A stretch of 64,000 nucleotides of DNA from Eubacteriaceae bacterium (GCA_050945075.1 JBMNSG010000002.1:5963-69962); one strand, 5' to 3'. Positions 19,720 through 29,209 are shown, numbered from the stretch's first letter. Numbers and translations are program-made. The notes: generated by a model not told the origin, from the sequence alone.

Positions 19720-19847
19720 CAGAAAGCGTACATGGCTACAAGGGATACCGCCATGATAATGACGAGAACCAGAGCTCCGATCCTGTATCCGGTATGAATT
19801 CTGTTGCGTTTGTCTGCTTGTTTACTGTTCTGTTTTTTTGATGACAT
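19719..19847 (-). CDS. Candidate 42-aa small membrane protein (below the ORF-track cutoff)
   Basis: Own translation: MSSKKQNSKQADKRNRIHTGYRIGALVLVIIMAVSLVAMYAF. An AAGAGG RBS lies 6 nt upstream. Its TGA overlaps the rlmH ATG by 1 nt. Confidence 0.4.
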   Translation of the reverse strand: MSSKKQNSKQADKRNRIHTGYRIGALVLVIIMAVSLVAMYAF

Positions 19848-20007
19848 GGTTGCCTCTTTTGATAAATACTGCCGGTTTCAGAAAAGCCGGTGTTGAAATC
19901 AGTTCGATCACAGGATATAACGGGTGCACAAACAGCATCGGGAATATTTCTGAAAACTGAAATCATACTGAAATCACGGAAAATCCGTGATCATTGAACG
20001 GATTATA

Positions 20008-20583
20008 TCAGTCTTTGCTGTCAGAAGCATCCGGATCCTGAGTTTCCGGATGACTTTCGCGATATTCACGGCGCATTTCTTCAATTGCGCGTTCTTCTTC
20101 GAGCTTGAGATCTGCAGCCTTCTGTTTGACACTTGCATTGTACTGGGCGACGACTTCCGGCAGTGATGCTTCTTCACCGGGTTTCATATGTTCGCCGAAT
20201 GCCTGCAGAAGGACCAGTCTGTTATCGGAAGGACCAGCGAAATCTGCCAGATAGATTCTTTCATAGGCTCCGAGGATCAGGGAACCATTTTCGATGAGTA
20301 TGGTCTTTGAATTGCCGAAGATCATTGAGCGGAGGTTGTTGGTCTGAAAGCCGTGAAACTCCCATCCCTCATTGACCGGGAAAAGATTAGTGAGCTTTTT
20401 AATAAAGTCTTTTTCTATTGTCGGTGTTTCGTTGGAAAGTGTGAGTACCGAACATTCATTATCCGGAGTCTGTACTATAAGAAAACCTGTACTGATTCTC
20501 TCATCTGTGATATACTGCAAGACGTCGTCTGTGATATCCGTTAGTGTTTCAAGTCTGCCGGTTTTAATCGTTAAATTTTTCAT
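20008..20583 (-). CDS. YjbQ/UPF0047-like protein with a charged C-terminal extension
   Basis: The ATG at 20583 follows GGAG. The core MKNLTIKTGRLETLTDITDDV ... LILGAYERIYLADFAGP resembles the YjbQ fold family. The last ~60 aa are E/K/A-rich. Confidence 0.55.
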   Translation of the reverse strand: MKNLTIKTGRLETLTDITDDVLQYITDERISTGFLIVQTPDNECSVLTLSNETPTIEKDFIKKLTNLFPVNEGWEFHGFQTNNLRSMIFGNSKTILIENGSLILGAYERIYLADFAGPSDNRLVLLQAFGEHMKPGEEASLPEVVAQYNASVKQKAADLKLEEERAIEEMRREYRESHPETQDPDASDSKD

Positions 20584-20677
20584 TTTTGCTCCAGATTGTA
20601 TAAAAATGTTAAAAAAGTACTTGCCAAATGACACTTAACATTATAAAATAACTATTGTTGATTTTCAAGACAACAAA

Positions 20678-20754
20678 CGGGGTGTGGCTCAGTTTGGTAG
20701 AGCGCACGGTTCGGGACCGTGAGGCCGGAGGTTCAAATCCTCTCACTCCGACCA
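20678..20754 (+). tRNA. tRNA-Pro (anticodon CGG)
   Basis: Hand-folded cloverleaf: acceptor CGGGGTG/CACTCCG, D arm GCTC/GAGC, anticodon stem CACGG/CCGTG with loop TTCGGGA, T arm GGAGG-TTCAAAT-CCTCT, encoded CCA. Confidence 0.9.
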
Positions 20755-20766
20755 TTTGTAAAAAAC

Positions 20767-20793
20767 AGGACAGGTTATGCCTGTCCTTTTTTA
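20767..20793 (+). terminator. Intrinsic terminator after tRNA-Pro
   Basis: aggacagg / ttatg / cctgtcct followed by a T-run. Confidence 0.75.
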
Positions 20794-20909
20794 TTGCCCT
20801 TTTATGTTAAAATGAAGCTGGTTTACTATAAGTTTTTTGGAAATTTTCGATCCGCACAGCCGGATCGTTTCATGAACAGCACGGATGTAGATCCGGAAAT
20901 GAGGAAATC

Positions 20910-23255
20910 TTGAAACTGCAGGATGCAAAGAAGAATTTTACCGGGACAGAAATCCTGAGCGGCAGCTTTGGTCTGGAACGCGAAGGACTCAGAGTTACGC
21001 AGGATGGCCATCTGGCCCAGACAGATCATCCCGAAATATTCGGGAGCAAGATCGAAAATCCCTACATTACCACTGACTTTTCAGAAAGCCAGGTGGAAGT
21101 AGTTACCCCGCCTTATGACAGTCTTACCAAAACATATGGTGTTCTGGAAGGACTGTGTAATATTGTCAACAATGAAATCGGGCCGGATGAATTTCTATGG
21201 CCTGGCTCCATGCCCTGTATCGCTCCGGAAGACGATCAGATCCGGATTGCGGTTTACGGTACCGGAGAAAAAGCCCGCTCTTACGAAGCTTACCGGAAGA
21301 GCCTGATCCAGAAATACGGCGGTAAAAAACAACTGCTGACCGGCATACATTTTAATTTCTCTCTCTCCGATGCGTTCCTTGAAAAGCTGAGAAAGCTCGA
21401 GGAACCGCAGACTTCGTTTCGTGATTTCAAAGACAAGGTTTATCTGAAAATTGCCCGCGGGTATCTGAAGTACAGATGGCTGGTGATTTATTTAACCGGC
21501 TGTTCATCAGCACGACATATCAGCTATGACTGCTCGCAGAACAACGGGATGACTCAGTCGGACGATGAATCCTACGTCTCGGATCTGGGCCCGTCATTCA
21601 GAAACTCCGCCTGCGGATATAAAAATCTTGTGGACCTGTTTCCTTCTTACGATTCGGTCCGGGCTTATACGGATGATGTGCAGAGTTTTGTCGATGCAGG
21701 ACTGATCAGCGAAGCCAAGGAGCTCTACACACAGATCCGCCTGAAAACCCGGGATAAAGACAGAGTCCTGGAATCGCTGCTTGAAGACGGGATTGAATAT
21801 CTGGAAATCCGGACCATCGACCTGAATCTGTTCGACAAAATCGGTGTTGCACTCTCGGATCTGCGCTTTATCCAGCTGCTTTTGATTTGGATTCTGTTTT
21901 CAGATGAAAATAACGGTGAAAACTGGCAGGAAGAAGGCCTGAAAAACGAGCTGGATACTGCTTCCTTCGGACTGAAACCGGATCTGATGCTGCTGAAAGA
22001 CGGAAAAGAAATTCCATTCCGTGAATACGCCCTGTCAATCCTGGATGAACTCGCGCAGGCAGATCAGCTGCTGGGGCTGGCATCGGCGGATATTCTGGAC
22101 GAAATGCGCTCGCGCATTGAACATCCGGAAACAACGTATGCAGCTTCCCTGGCTTCCCTGGTAAAAAAAGACGGCTATATCACTGAAATGATGAAATTTG
22201 CCAGAGCCTATAAAGAAGACAGTCAGCATTTCCGCTATCTGTTCAAGGGCTTTGAAAATTATGAGCTTTCAACACAGATTCTGATGAAGGAAGCCATGAC
22301 AAGAGGCATCAAAACCGAAGAACTGGACCCTCAGGATAATTTTATTCTGCTTACCGGAAAAGACGGACGGGAACAGCTGGTTAAACAGGCAACTAAAACA
22401 CAGGCAGACAATTATGCCAGTGTGCTGGCCATGGAAAATAAAGTCGTCACTAAAAAGATTCTTGCGAGAAACGGAATTCCGGTTCCGGACGGAGCAGAAT
22501 TCAACTCGATGGATGCGGCCAGAGCCAGGCTTTCCCTGTATGCGGAAAGACCTGTTGTCATCAAGCCCAAGTCCACCAATTACGGGACAGGAATTTTCAT
22601 GTTTGAACACGGCGCACCGGAGGAAGATCTGATCGCCGCAGCAGAAGGTGCCTTTAAATATGATGACACCATCCTGATCGAGGACTATATTCCGGGACGG
22701 GAATATCGTTTCCTGACTATAGGCGGGAAGACTGCTGCAGTCATGAACCGTGTTGCTGCCAATGTTGTCGGCGACGGACGGTCTACGATTCAGGAGCTGA
22801 TGGAAAAGAAGAACGAACATCCGTTCCGTGGCAATCACTACGAATCGCCGCTGGAAAACCTGCGTATTGACGAACAGACCATTCTGTATCTGAAAGGGCA
22901 GGATCTGACCCCTGAAAGTGTCCCTGAACGCGGAGAAACGGTCTACCTCAGAGGAAACTCCAATGTCAGCACCGGGGGAGACAGTGTAGATATCACAGAT
23001 GAAATGCCGGACTTTTTCAAACGTATTGCCGAAAAAGCCGCGGATGCGATTGGTGCAGTGTTCTGCGGTGTCGACATGATTATCGAGGACTATACCAATA
23101 CCCAGTCTACTTACGGCATTATCGAACTGAATTTCAACCCGGCTACCCATATGCATGCCTATCCGTATAAAGGGAAAGAACGGCGTACCGGAGCCTATAT
23201 CTTAAGTGCGCTGGGGCTGATCGACGAAGATTTTGATACAATCGACAAAAAGTAA
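20910..23255 (+). CDS. gshF: Bifunctional glutamate-cysteine ligase / glutathione synthetase
   Basis: 781 aa. The N-terminal GCL domain (FGLEREGLRV, ITTDFSESQVEVVTPP) is fused to a C-terminal ATP-grasp domain (RVAANVVGDG, NSNVSTGGDSVDITDEM, IELNFNPATHMH). Colinear with streptococcal GshAB/GshF. TTG start. Confidence 0.88.
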   Translation: MKLQDAKKNFTGTEILSGSFGLEREGLRVTQDGHLAQTDHPEIFGSKIENPYITTDFSESQVEVVTPPYDSLTKTYGVLEGLCNIVNNEIGPDEFLWPGSMPCIAPEDDQIRIAVYGTGEKARSYEAYRKSLIQKYGGKKQLLTGIHFNFSLSDAFLEKLRKLEEPQTSFRDFKDKVYLKIARGYLKYRWLVIYLTGCSSARHISYDCSQNNGMTQSDDESYVSDLGPSFRNSACGYKNLVDLFPSYDSVRAYTDDVQSFVDAGLISEAKELYTQIRLKTRDKDRVLESLLEDGIEYLEIRTIDLNLFDKIGVALSDLRFIQLLLIWILFSDENNGENWQEEGLKNELDTASFGLKPDLMLLKDGKEIPFREYALSILDELAQADQLLGLASADILDEMRSRIEHPETTYAASLASLVKKDGYITEMMKFARAYKEDSQHFRYLFKGFENYELSTQILMKEAMTRGIKTEELDPQDNFILLTGKDGREQLVKQATKTQADNYASVLAMENKVVTKKILARNGIPVPDGAEFNSMDAARARLSLYAERPVVIKPKSTNYGTGIFMFEHGAPEEDLIAAAEGAFKYDDTILIEDYIPGREYRFLTIGGKTAAVMNRVAANVVGDGRSTIQELMEKKNEHPFRGNHYESPLENLRIDEQTILYLKGQDLTPESVPERGETVYLRGNSNVSTGGDSVDITDEMPDFFKRIAEKAADAIGAVFCGVDMIIEDYTNTQSTYGIIELNFNPATHMHAYPYKGKERRTGAYILSALGLIDEDFDTIDKK

Positions 23256-23267
23256 AGTAGTAAAGCA

Positions 23268-24059
23268 ATGACGGAAACGAGTAAGAGACAGCACAGCTTT
23301 GCCGTGTGCGCCTATGGGGATTCTCCGTATCTTGAGGAGTGTATTCTTTCGCTCAGGCACCAGACGGCTGCGTCGGAAATTTTTATTTCCACGTCCACAC
23401 CCAGCGAGTTTATTTACCGGATTGCCAGGCTGTACAGTCTGCCGGTGTTTCTATCGCACGGGGGTGGAATCGGCAGTGACTGGAATGCTGCCTTATCACA
23501 TGCACAGACTCCCTATGTCACGATTGCCCATCAGGACGATGTCTATCTGAAAAACTATACTGAGATTATCCTCAATGCTTTTGACAGGGATCCGCGCGGG
23601 ATGATTGCTTTTACGGATTATCGGGAAATTTACAACGGGAAAGTCATTTCTGAAAATCTGAATCTGAAAATCAAGGAGCTCATGCTGCTGCCGCTGAGAG
23701 CAGACGGGAACAGCCGGTTTTCGAAACGGGCTGCCATTGCTTTCGGCAATGCCATCTGCTGTCCGGCAGTTGCCTATAATACCGGCATGATCGGGGATTT
23801 TCAATTCGGACAGGATATGCGCTCCAATATTGACTGGGCGGCATGGGAGACTTTATCGAAGAAAAACGGATCGTTTCTGTATTGTCCGGAACCGGCTGTG
23901 CTTCACCGGATTCACAGTGAAAGTGAAACCTCAAATATGATTGGCGGGAATCTCCGTCACGATGAGGATCTGGAAATATTCAGGAGATTCTGGCCGCGGC
24001 CGCTTGCCGGACTGATTTCTTCCTTTTATAAAAACAGCGAGAAAGGAAATATAAAATAA
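23268..24059 (+). CDS. Glycosyltransferase family 2 (soluble, GT-A fold)
   Basis: 263 aa. FAVCAYGDSPYLEECILSL N-terminus and a DD acidic motif (AHQDDVY). No TM segment. Confidence 0.8.
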   Translation: MTETSKRQHSFAVCAYGDSPYLEECILSLRHQTAASEIFISTSTPSEFIYRIARLYSLPVFLSHGGGIGSDWNAALSHAQTPYVTIAHQDDVYLKNYTEIILNAFDRDPRGMIAFTDYREIYNGKVISENLNLKIKELMLLPLRADGNSRFSKRAAIAFGNAICCPAVAYNTGMIGDFQFGQDMRSNIDWAAWETLSKKNGSFLYCPEPAVLHRIHSESETSNMIGGNLRHDEDLEIFRRFWPRPLAGLISSFYKNSEKGNIK

Positions 24060-24062
24060 CTG

Positions 24063-24416
24063 ATGACCAACATCATTTTGATTGCAATCTATCTGTTCTG
24101 TTCTGTGGGAGGACTGACACTGGTGAAGGTCGGAGCGAATAACAACGGCTTTCAGGCAACCAGCGCCTTTTTTAATCTGCAGCTTTCCTATACGACAGTT
24201 CTGGGACTGCTGCTCTATATTGCAAGCTTTATCATGTGGATTGTGATCGTACAGAAATTCAATCTGAGTTATATTCAGCCGCTTACAGCAGGTCTGTCCT
24301 ATATACTGATTCTGGCCGCTTCTCTGTTTATTTTGAAAGAAAGTATCGGAATGTATCAGTGGATCGGGATTGGATTTATTCTGGTCGGTGTGATTCTGAT
24401 GAATCTCCAGAAATAG
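24063..24416 (+). CDS. Small 4-TM membrane protein (single EamA/DMT-like domain; ArnE/F- or GacJ-like role possible)
   Basis: 117 aa, four hydrophobic spans, 3-nt gap after the GT2 gene. Confidence 0.6.
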   Translation: MTNIILIAIYLFCSVGGLTLVKVGANNNGFQATSAFFNLQLSYTTVLGLLLYIASFIMWIVIVQKFNLSYIQPLTAGLSYILILAASLFILKESIGMYQWIGIGFILVGVILMNLQK

Positions 24417-24468
24417 GGATAACCAGAGCCGGATGCTGATGGTATTGCTCAATCGTTTTTAGACAGGA

Positions 24469-26622
24469 ATGAAAATGGAAACAACTAATAATCGAAAACA
24501 GGTACAAACGATCCTGCTCGCCTTGCTCTGTGCTGTTCTTTCAGCGTTCTTTCTCAATTTTCTTGAGGCACTGGCTTCGGAAAAACTGGGCCTTTATCAG
24601 AGCTTTTCTCAGACAATTCACGTTTATCTATCAACACTCGGTGAACGGGCAGGCGCCTTGTGTATTCTCTTTGCAGTGCTGTTCGTCATCTTTCTCGCCG
24701 TTTTTCTGGCGGGGAAAAAGCTGGGAGCCCTGCTTTACCAATACCGTTACTGGGTCGCGGCAGCTTTTGTAGTGATCGGCACGGTTCTGCAGCTTAACGG
24801 ATCCTCACTGGGAATGTGGGCTGGTTATCTGGGGCTTCCGCAGGATACAGGTGTCCTGGTCGGACAGTCAAGAGCGATCCGTTCGGACGAGTGGGCGGTT
24901 TTCTCACCAATGGCGCTGTCACAGTACTCTAATGGGTTTGCCTATACCAGTGAACTGTGGCGCGGTACCGTGACTGATATGTTTGCTGTTTACGGACAGC
25001 CGGTTTCGTCTCTGCTTATTCTGTTCAGGCCTTTCCAGATCGCTTATCTGTTTTTACCGGCGGGAAATGCACTTTCATTTTACTGGTGCTCCCGGCTGGC
25101 TGTGATGATGCTGGTTTCGTTTGAATTCGGTATGTTCCTGACGGATCGCAACAAAGCATTATCATCCGCCTATATGCTGCTTGTCGCGTTCGCTCCGGTT
25201 GTGCAGTGGTGGTACTCGATTAACGCACTGGTGGAAACTCTGATTTTCGGACAGATTGTCGTACTTTGCATTAATGCTTTCTTTGAAGCAAAGACATGGA
25301 AAGCCAGATGGATTGCCGCGGCCGTTTTTGCATGGGCAGGCCCCGCATTTATCCTGGTTATTTATCCGTCCTGGCAGATACCGTTTCTTTATGTATTCGG
25401 TCTGATCTGCTTATGGGTGATTATTTCCAAATGGAAAACCGCGAAGCTGGAACGCAGAGACTGGCTGCCGGTTCTGTGTGCATTTGCTTTTATCGGTGCG
25501 GTGCTGGTGGTTTTCCTGCTTAAATCACAGGACGCCATACTTGCAGTTTTAAATTCCGCATATCCGGGAAAACGACTGGTTTTCCAGGATACAGCGCCTG
25601 CGACGCTGTTCAGGTATCCCGGCAATCTGTTTATGAGTTTTACCTCATCCGGACTTCCTGCCAATCAGCCGGAAAATGCGACTTTTTTCAGTCTGTTTCC
25701 GATTGGGGCGATCTTGTCTGTTTACGTAATGTGGAAGACAGGGAAAAAAGATCCGGTCATGATCATTCTGCTGCTGGGGCTGTTTTTCGGGCTTTACACA
25801 GTTTTTGGTATGCCTGAGTTTCTCGCGAAGCTGACGCTCATGAGCTATTCACAGCCAATCCGTACCGAGATCGTATTTGACTTTGCCAATCTGCTGTTGT
25901 TAATGCGGGCGCTGTCTTTCGAAGTAAATTTCCGGACAATACCGGCACTGATCACAGCGGCAGTGTGCGCAGCAGCAGTCACGCTCATTTCCGCTAACTG
26001 GACCTATCAGGGGTATATGCTCACGGGCAGACAGATTTTCTGCATGCTGGTCCTGTTCCTCGCTTTTGCAGGCGTGCTGCTGTACTGGAACAAACTGATA
26101 TACAGAAAACTGCTGTTCTGGCTTATTATATGCATCTGTCTGATGTGCGGTGCTTTCGTTAATCCAATCCGTACCGGGCTCGGCCCCATCGCTGATAACA
26201 GTCTGTCTTCCGAAATTGCATCAATTGAAGAGTCAGATCCGGGGCTTTGGATTGTTGAAGATAACGAACCCGGCTTTACGACCAATCTGTTCCCGGCATC
26301 AGGGGCTTCGACCCTGAATTCAACCAGCACCTATCCGAATATGGAAACCTGGAAGAAGATCGATACAGATGGCAGTGATGAGAATATTTACAACCGTTAT
26401 GCCAATCCGGTTATTATTCTTGAAAATACAGAGCCTACCCGATTCGAACTGACAGCGGCTGACAGCTTTACCGTTTATCTGAATACGGACGATTTGAAAA
26501 AACTGGATATTTCCTATATCTATTCGAAAAAGGATCTGAGCCGGTTTGACAGTTCTACAGTTACCTTTGATAAAATCTGGTCAGATAAGGCCGGAGCGAT
26601 TTATAAGGTAATCTACCAGTAG
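24469..26622 (+). CDS. Large polytopic membrane protein, putative GT-C-type glycosyltransferase (function unproven)
   Basis: 717 aa. It has more than 10 predicted TM spans in the first ~560 aa and a soluble C-terminal ~150 aa. The ATG at 24475 has better RBS spacing. Ends in TAG. Confidence 0.55.
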   Translation: MKMETTNNRKQVQTILLALLCAVLSAFFLNFLEALASEKLGLYQSFSQTIHVYLSTLGERAGALCILFAVLFVIFLAVFLAGKKLGALLYQYRYWVAAAFVVIGTVLQLNGSSLGMWAGYLGLPQDTGVLVGQSRAIRSDEWAVFSPMALSQYSNGFAYTSELWRGTVTDMFAVYGQPVSSLLILFRPFQIAYLFLPAGNALSFYWCSRLAVMMLVSFEFGMFLTDRNKALSSAYMLLVAFAPVVQWWYSINALVETLIFGQIVVLCINAFFEAKTWKARWIAAAVFAWAGPAFILVIYPSWQIPFLYVFGLICLWVIISKWKTAKLERRDWLPVLCAFAFIGAVLVVFLLKSQDAILAVLNSAYPGKRLVFQDTAPATLFRYPGNLFMSFTSSGLPANQPENATFFSLFPIGAILSVYVMWKTGKKDPVMIILLLGLFFGLYTVFGMPEFLAKLTLMSYSQPIRTEIVFDFANLLLLMRALSFEVNFRTIPALITAAVCAAAVTLISANWTYQGYMLTGRQIFCMLVLFLAFAGVLLYWNKLIYRKLLFWLIICICLMCGAFVNPIRTGLGPIADNSLSSEIASIEESDPGLWIVEDNEPGFTTNLFPASGASTLNSTSTYPNMETWKKIDTDGSDENIYNRYANPVIILENTEPTRFELTAADSFTVYLNTDDLKKLDISYIYSKKDLSRFDSSTVTFDKIWSDKAGAIYKVIYQ

Positions 26623-26866
26623 ACTCTGAATTTCCCGTATCAGAAGCGGTTTATACTATGTTCATACAGAGACTCCGGAAGATCTTCCGGAGTCCACAGG
26701 AAAACCCGGATTGCAGGCGGACATGGCTTGTTTCGAAAAAAGCGCTGTGTTCCGGAAGAACGGTATCAGGGTCAAATAACTTGTATCCTCTCCGGATATG
26801 GTTTATTATAAAATTTGAATACGTTGATCGCGGCGTCTGGATTAAGGAGAAACAGATTACCAGTAC

Positions 26867-27277
26867 ATGAATATAAAAAATTTCAGAAATCAGTTTGAAG
26901 AGCTTTTCCGTTTCGGTGTAAACGGGGTCGTATGCTTCATCATTGACTGGGGTACTATGATGCTCCTGATGACTTATACTGACCTGCCGGACTGGTTTTC
27001 AATCGGAGCCGGTTTTACGCTCTCGGTTATCGTCAATTATATTATCTGTGTTTTGTGGGTTTTCAAGGGAGCCGGGAAGCAGGGATTTGGCCAGCAGGTT
27101 ATTTTCGTAGGCTCCAGTGTAGTCGGACTGTTTCTGACAGAGATACTGATGGCCTTTTTTATGCAGTATATGGGCGCGACACCGGCCAAGGTTATCGTGA
27201 CACTTATCGTTATGGTCTGGAATTACGTATTCAAGCGTTTTGCTGTATACGGAATGGATAAAGGAAAGAAAGATTGA
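26867..27277 (+). CDS. GtrA-family membrane protein (putative polyprenyl-phosphate-sugar flippase)
   Basis: 136 aa, 4 TM; FRFGVNGVVCFIIDWG ... VWNYVFKRFAVY matches GtrA-like family features. Confidence 0.8.
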   Translation: MNIKNFRNQFEELFRFGVNGVVCFIIDWGTMMLLMTYTDLPDWFSIGAGFTLSVIVNYIICVLWVFKGAGKQGFGQQVIFVGSSVVGLFLTEILMAFFMQYMGATPAKVIVTLIVMVWNYVFKRFAVYGMDKGKKD

Positions 27278-28227
27278 TGAAGAAAACTGCCGTACTGATC
27301 CCGTGTTACAACGAAGCAGCGACGATTGCCAAAGTTGTCGGGGACTATAAAAAAGCCATGCCGGAAGCGGATATCTACGTTTATGACAATAATTCCTCCG
27401 ACGGAACTGACGAGGAAGCCAGAAAAGCGGGCGCGATAGTCCGATACGAATATAAGCAGGGAAAAGGAAACGTTGTGCGTTCGATGTTCCGCGACATTGA
27501 TGCTGACTGTTATATCATGACTGATGGAGACGATACCTATCCGGCTGAAGATGCACTCAAGCTTCAGGATATGGTACTGAACTACGGCGCAGATATGGCA
27601 ATCGGAGACCGTCTCTCATCCACCTATTTTACTGAAAACAAACGTCCGTTCCACAATGTGGGCAATGTTCTGGTCAGAAAGCTGATCAACACGTTTTTCA
27701 AAGCGGATCTGCATGATATTATGACCGGTTCCAGAGGATTTTCCAGGGATTTTGTTAAATCTTTCCCGGTTACATCAAAGGGATTTGAAATCGAAACTGA
27801 AATGTCGATCTTTGCCCTCGATAACAATATGAATATCAAGGAAGTGGCGATTGGCTACCGTGACCGTCCGGAAGGCAGCGAATCCAAGCTGAACACCTAT
27901 TCAGATGGCTTCAAGGTCCTCAGAACCATAGGCCGCCTGTTCAGAGACGCCAAACCGTTTGCGTTTTTCACAACCATTTCGCTTATTCTGGCCGTGATTC
28001 TGCTTTGTTTCTTTATTCCGATTGTGATTGAATTTACACAGACAGGTCTGGTCACCAGGATTCCGACGCTTATCGTCCTGTGCGGACTGGGTGTCGTCAT
28101 TATTGCCAACTTCTTCTGCGGCCTGATCCTGACCGTTCTGAAAAAAGAATACAAGGATAATTTTGAACGAAGTCTCACTATTCTGAGAAATCAGTATAAG
28201 ATGAACGACAAAGATTCAGATCAATAA
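27274..28227 (+). CDS. Membrane-anchored GT2 polyprenyl-phosphate glycosyltransferase (GtrB/CsbB-like)
   Basis: 317 aa. VLIPCYNEAATI, YDNNSSDGT and TDGDDTY motifs plus two C-terminal TM helices. Overlaps gtrA by 4 nt. Confidence 0.8.
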   Translation: MMKKTAVLIPCYNEAATIAKVVGDYKKAMPEADIYVYDNNSSDGTDEEARKAGAIVRYEYKQGKGNVVRSMFRDIDADCYIMTDGDDTYPAEDALKLQDMVLNYGADMAIGDRLSSTYFTENKRPFHNVGNVLVRKLINTFFKADLHDIMTGSRGFSRDFVKSFPVTSKGFEIETEMSIFALDNNMNIKEVAIGYRDRPEGSESKLNTYSDGFKVLRTIGRLFRDAKPFAFFTTISLILAVILLCFFIPIVIEFTQTGLVTRIPTLIVLCGLGVVIIANFFCGLILTVLKKEYKDNFERSLTILRNQYKMNDKDSDQ

Positions 28228-28232
28228 TACAG

Positions 28233-28266
28233 AAAAGCCGCCCGCGGGGCGGCTTTTTGTTTTTTG
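28233..28266 (+). terminator. Intrinsic terminator
   Basis: gccgccc / gggcggc GC-rich stem followed by tttttgtttttt. Confidence 0.85.
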
Positions 28267-28444
28267 TATTTACACAGTGTCGTTTTATTAGGTCTCAGCA
28301 GTGAATTGAATATGTTAAAATAATCAACAGAGACAGCAGAAAACCGGAGCGTAGTATCCGGCAATACAGACCAGCCCGGATATCAGAATTTTCCGGACAA
28401 ATCAGGGGCTGTCGCGATCCGATTAACAACTGACTGGAGAATGA

Positions 28445-29209
28445 ATGGGAAACAAATTTTCAGATAAACATCGTATAGCTACCTATGATTGTACACCGCA
28501 GGAGGCACTCTCTCCTGTCATGATATTAAACTGGTTTCAGGAAGTGGCACAGGAACACTGTGAGGCAGTGAAGCTCGGTTTTTCCTTTAATGCCAGCAGA
28601 GAACTGGCCTGGTTTGTCGTTAAATACGACATTGCGTTTATTAAGTACCCTTGCTACGGACAAGAGGTTATACTGGAAACAGAGGCGTTTGCATTTGACC
28701 GTTTTGCAGCGCAGAGAAAGTTCAAGCTCTATTCAATGGACGGGGAACTGCTCGTAGAAGCGGATTCCGAATGGATGCTTCTGAGCCGTGAAAACGGCAA
28801 AGTGGTGCGCCTGTCAACCGTTCCGGAGCTGGAGGCTTTCGGTGCTGGGACAAAGTCTGACTTCAGTCTCAGAAGGCTGCCCAAACTGGATGGTGATCCT
28901 GAACAAGTGAAACAGTTCCAGATCCGTTATCTGGATATTGATTACAACGGTCATGTAAATAATGTCAAATACCTGGCCTGGGCCATTGAAACCCTGCCTG
29001 CAGAGGTGGTGCAGGACCAGGAAATCGCAGCACTGAAAATTATTTATAAAGAGCAGGCGTTTTATGGCGGCAACATTACTGCCTCTGCAATTCAGACCGG
29101 TCCCTTCTGCTGGCGGATCGATATAAATGAGAATGACAGAATTCTGACGCAGCTGGAAATGACGATGCGTCCGATTACCGAAGAAATGCGCAGAGAGAGG
29201 AAATGCTAA
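28445..29209 (+). CDS. Acyl-ACP thioesterase family protein
   Basis: 254 aa. Double hotdog layout with DIDYNGHVNNVKYLAWAIE, typical of the acyl-ACP thioesterase family. Confidence 0.8.
   Translation: MGNKFSDKHRIATYDCTPQEALSPVMILNWFQEVAQEHCEAVKLGFSFNASRELAWFVVKYDIAFIKYPCYGQEVILETEAFAFDRFAAQRKFKLYSMDGELLVEADSEWMLLSRENGKVVRLSTVPELEAFGAGTKSDFSLRRLPKLDGDPEQVKQFQIRYLDIDYNGHVNNVKYLAWAIETLPAEVVQDQEIAALKIIYKEQAFYGGNITASAIQTGPFCWRIDINENDRILTQLEMTMRPITEEMRRERKC

Noticed and set aside
20678-20754. tRNA-Pro (and tRNA-Arg at 48234) as integration sites of a genomic island or prophage
   Set aside because: I could find no integrase, excisionase, transposase or direct repeat of the tRNA 3' end downstream of either tRNA.
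22269-23156. 295-aa minus-strand ORF
   Set aside because: It is antisense to the well-supported gshF ATP-grasp domain. It is a shadow ORF with junk-like composition.
26658-26870. 70-aa ORF in the gap before gtrA
   Set aside because: It has no RBS and a basic, irregular composition. It overlaps a palindrome that is more likely a transcript-structure element.
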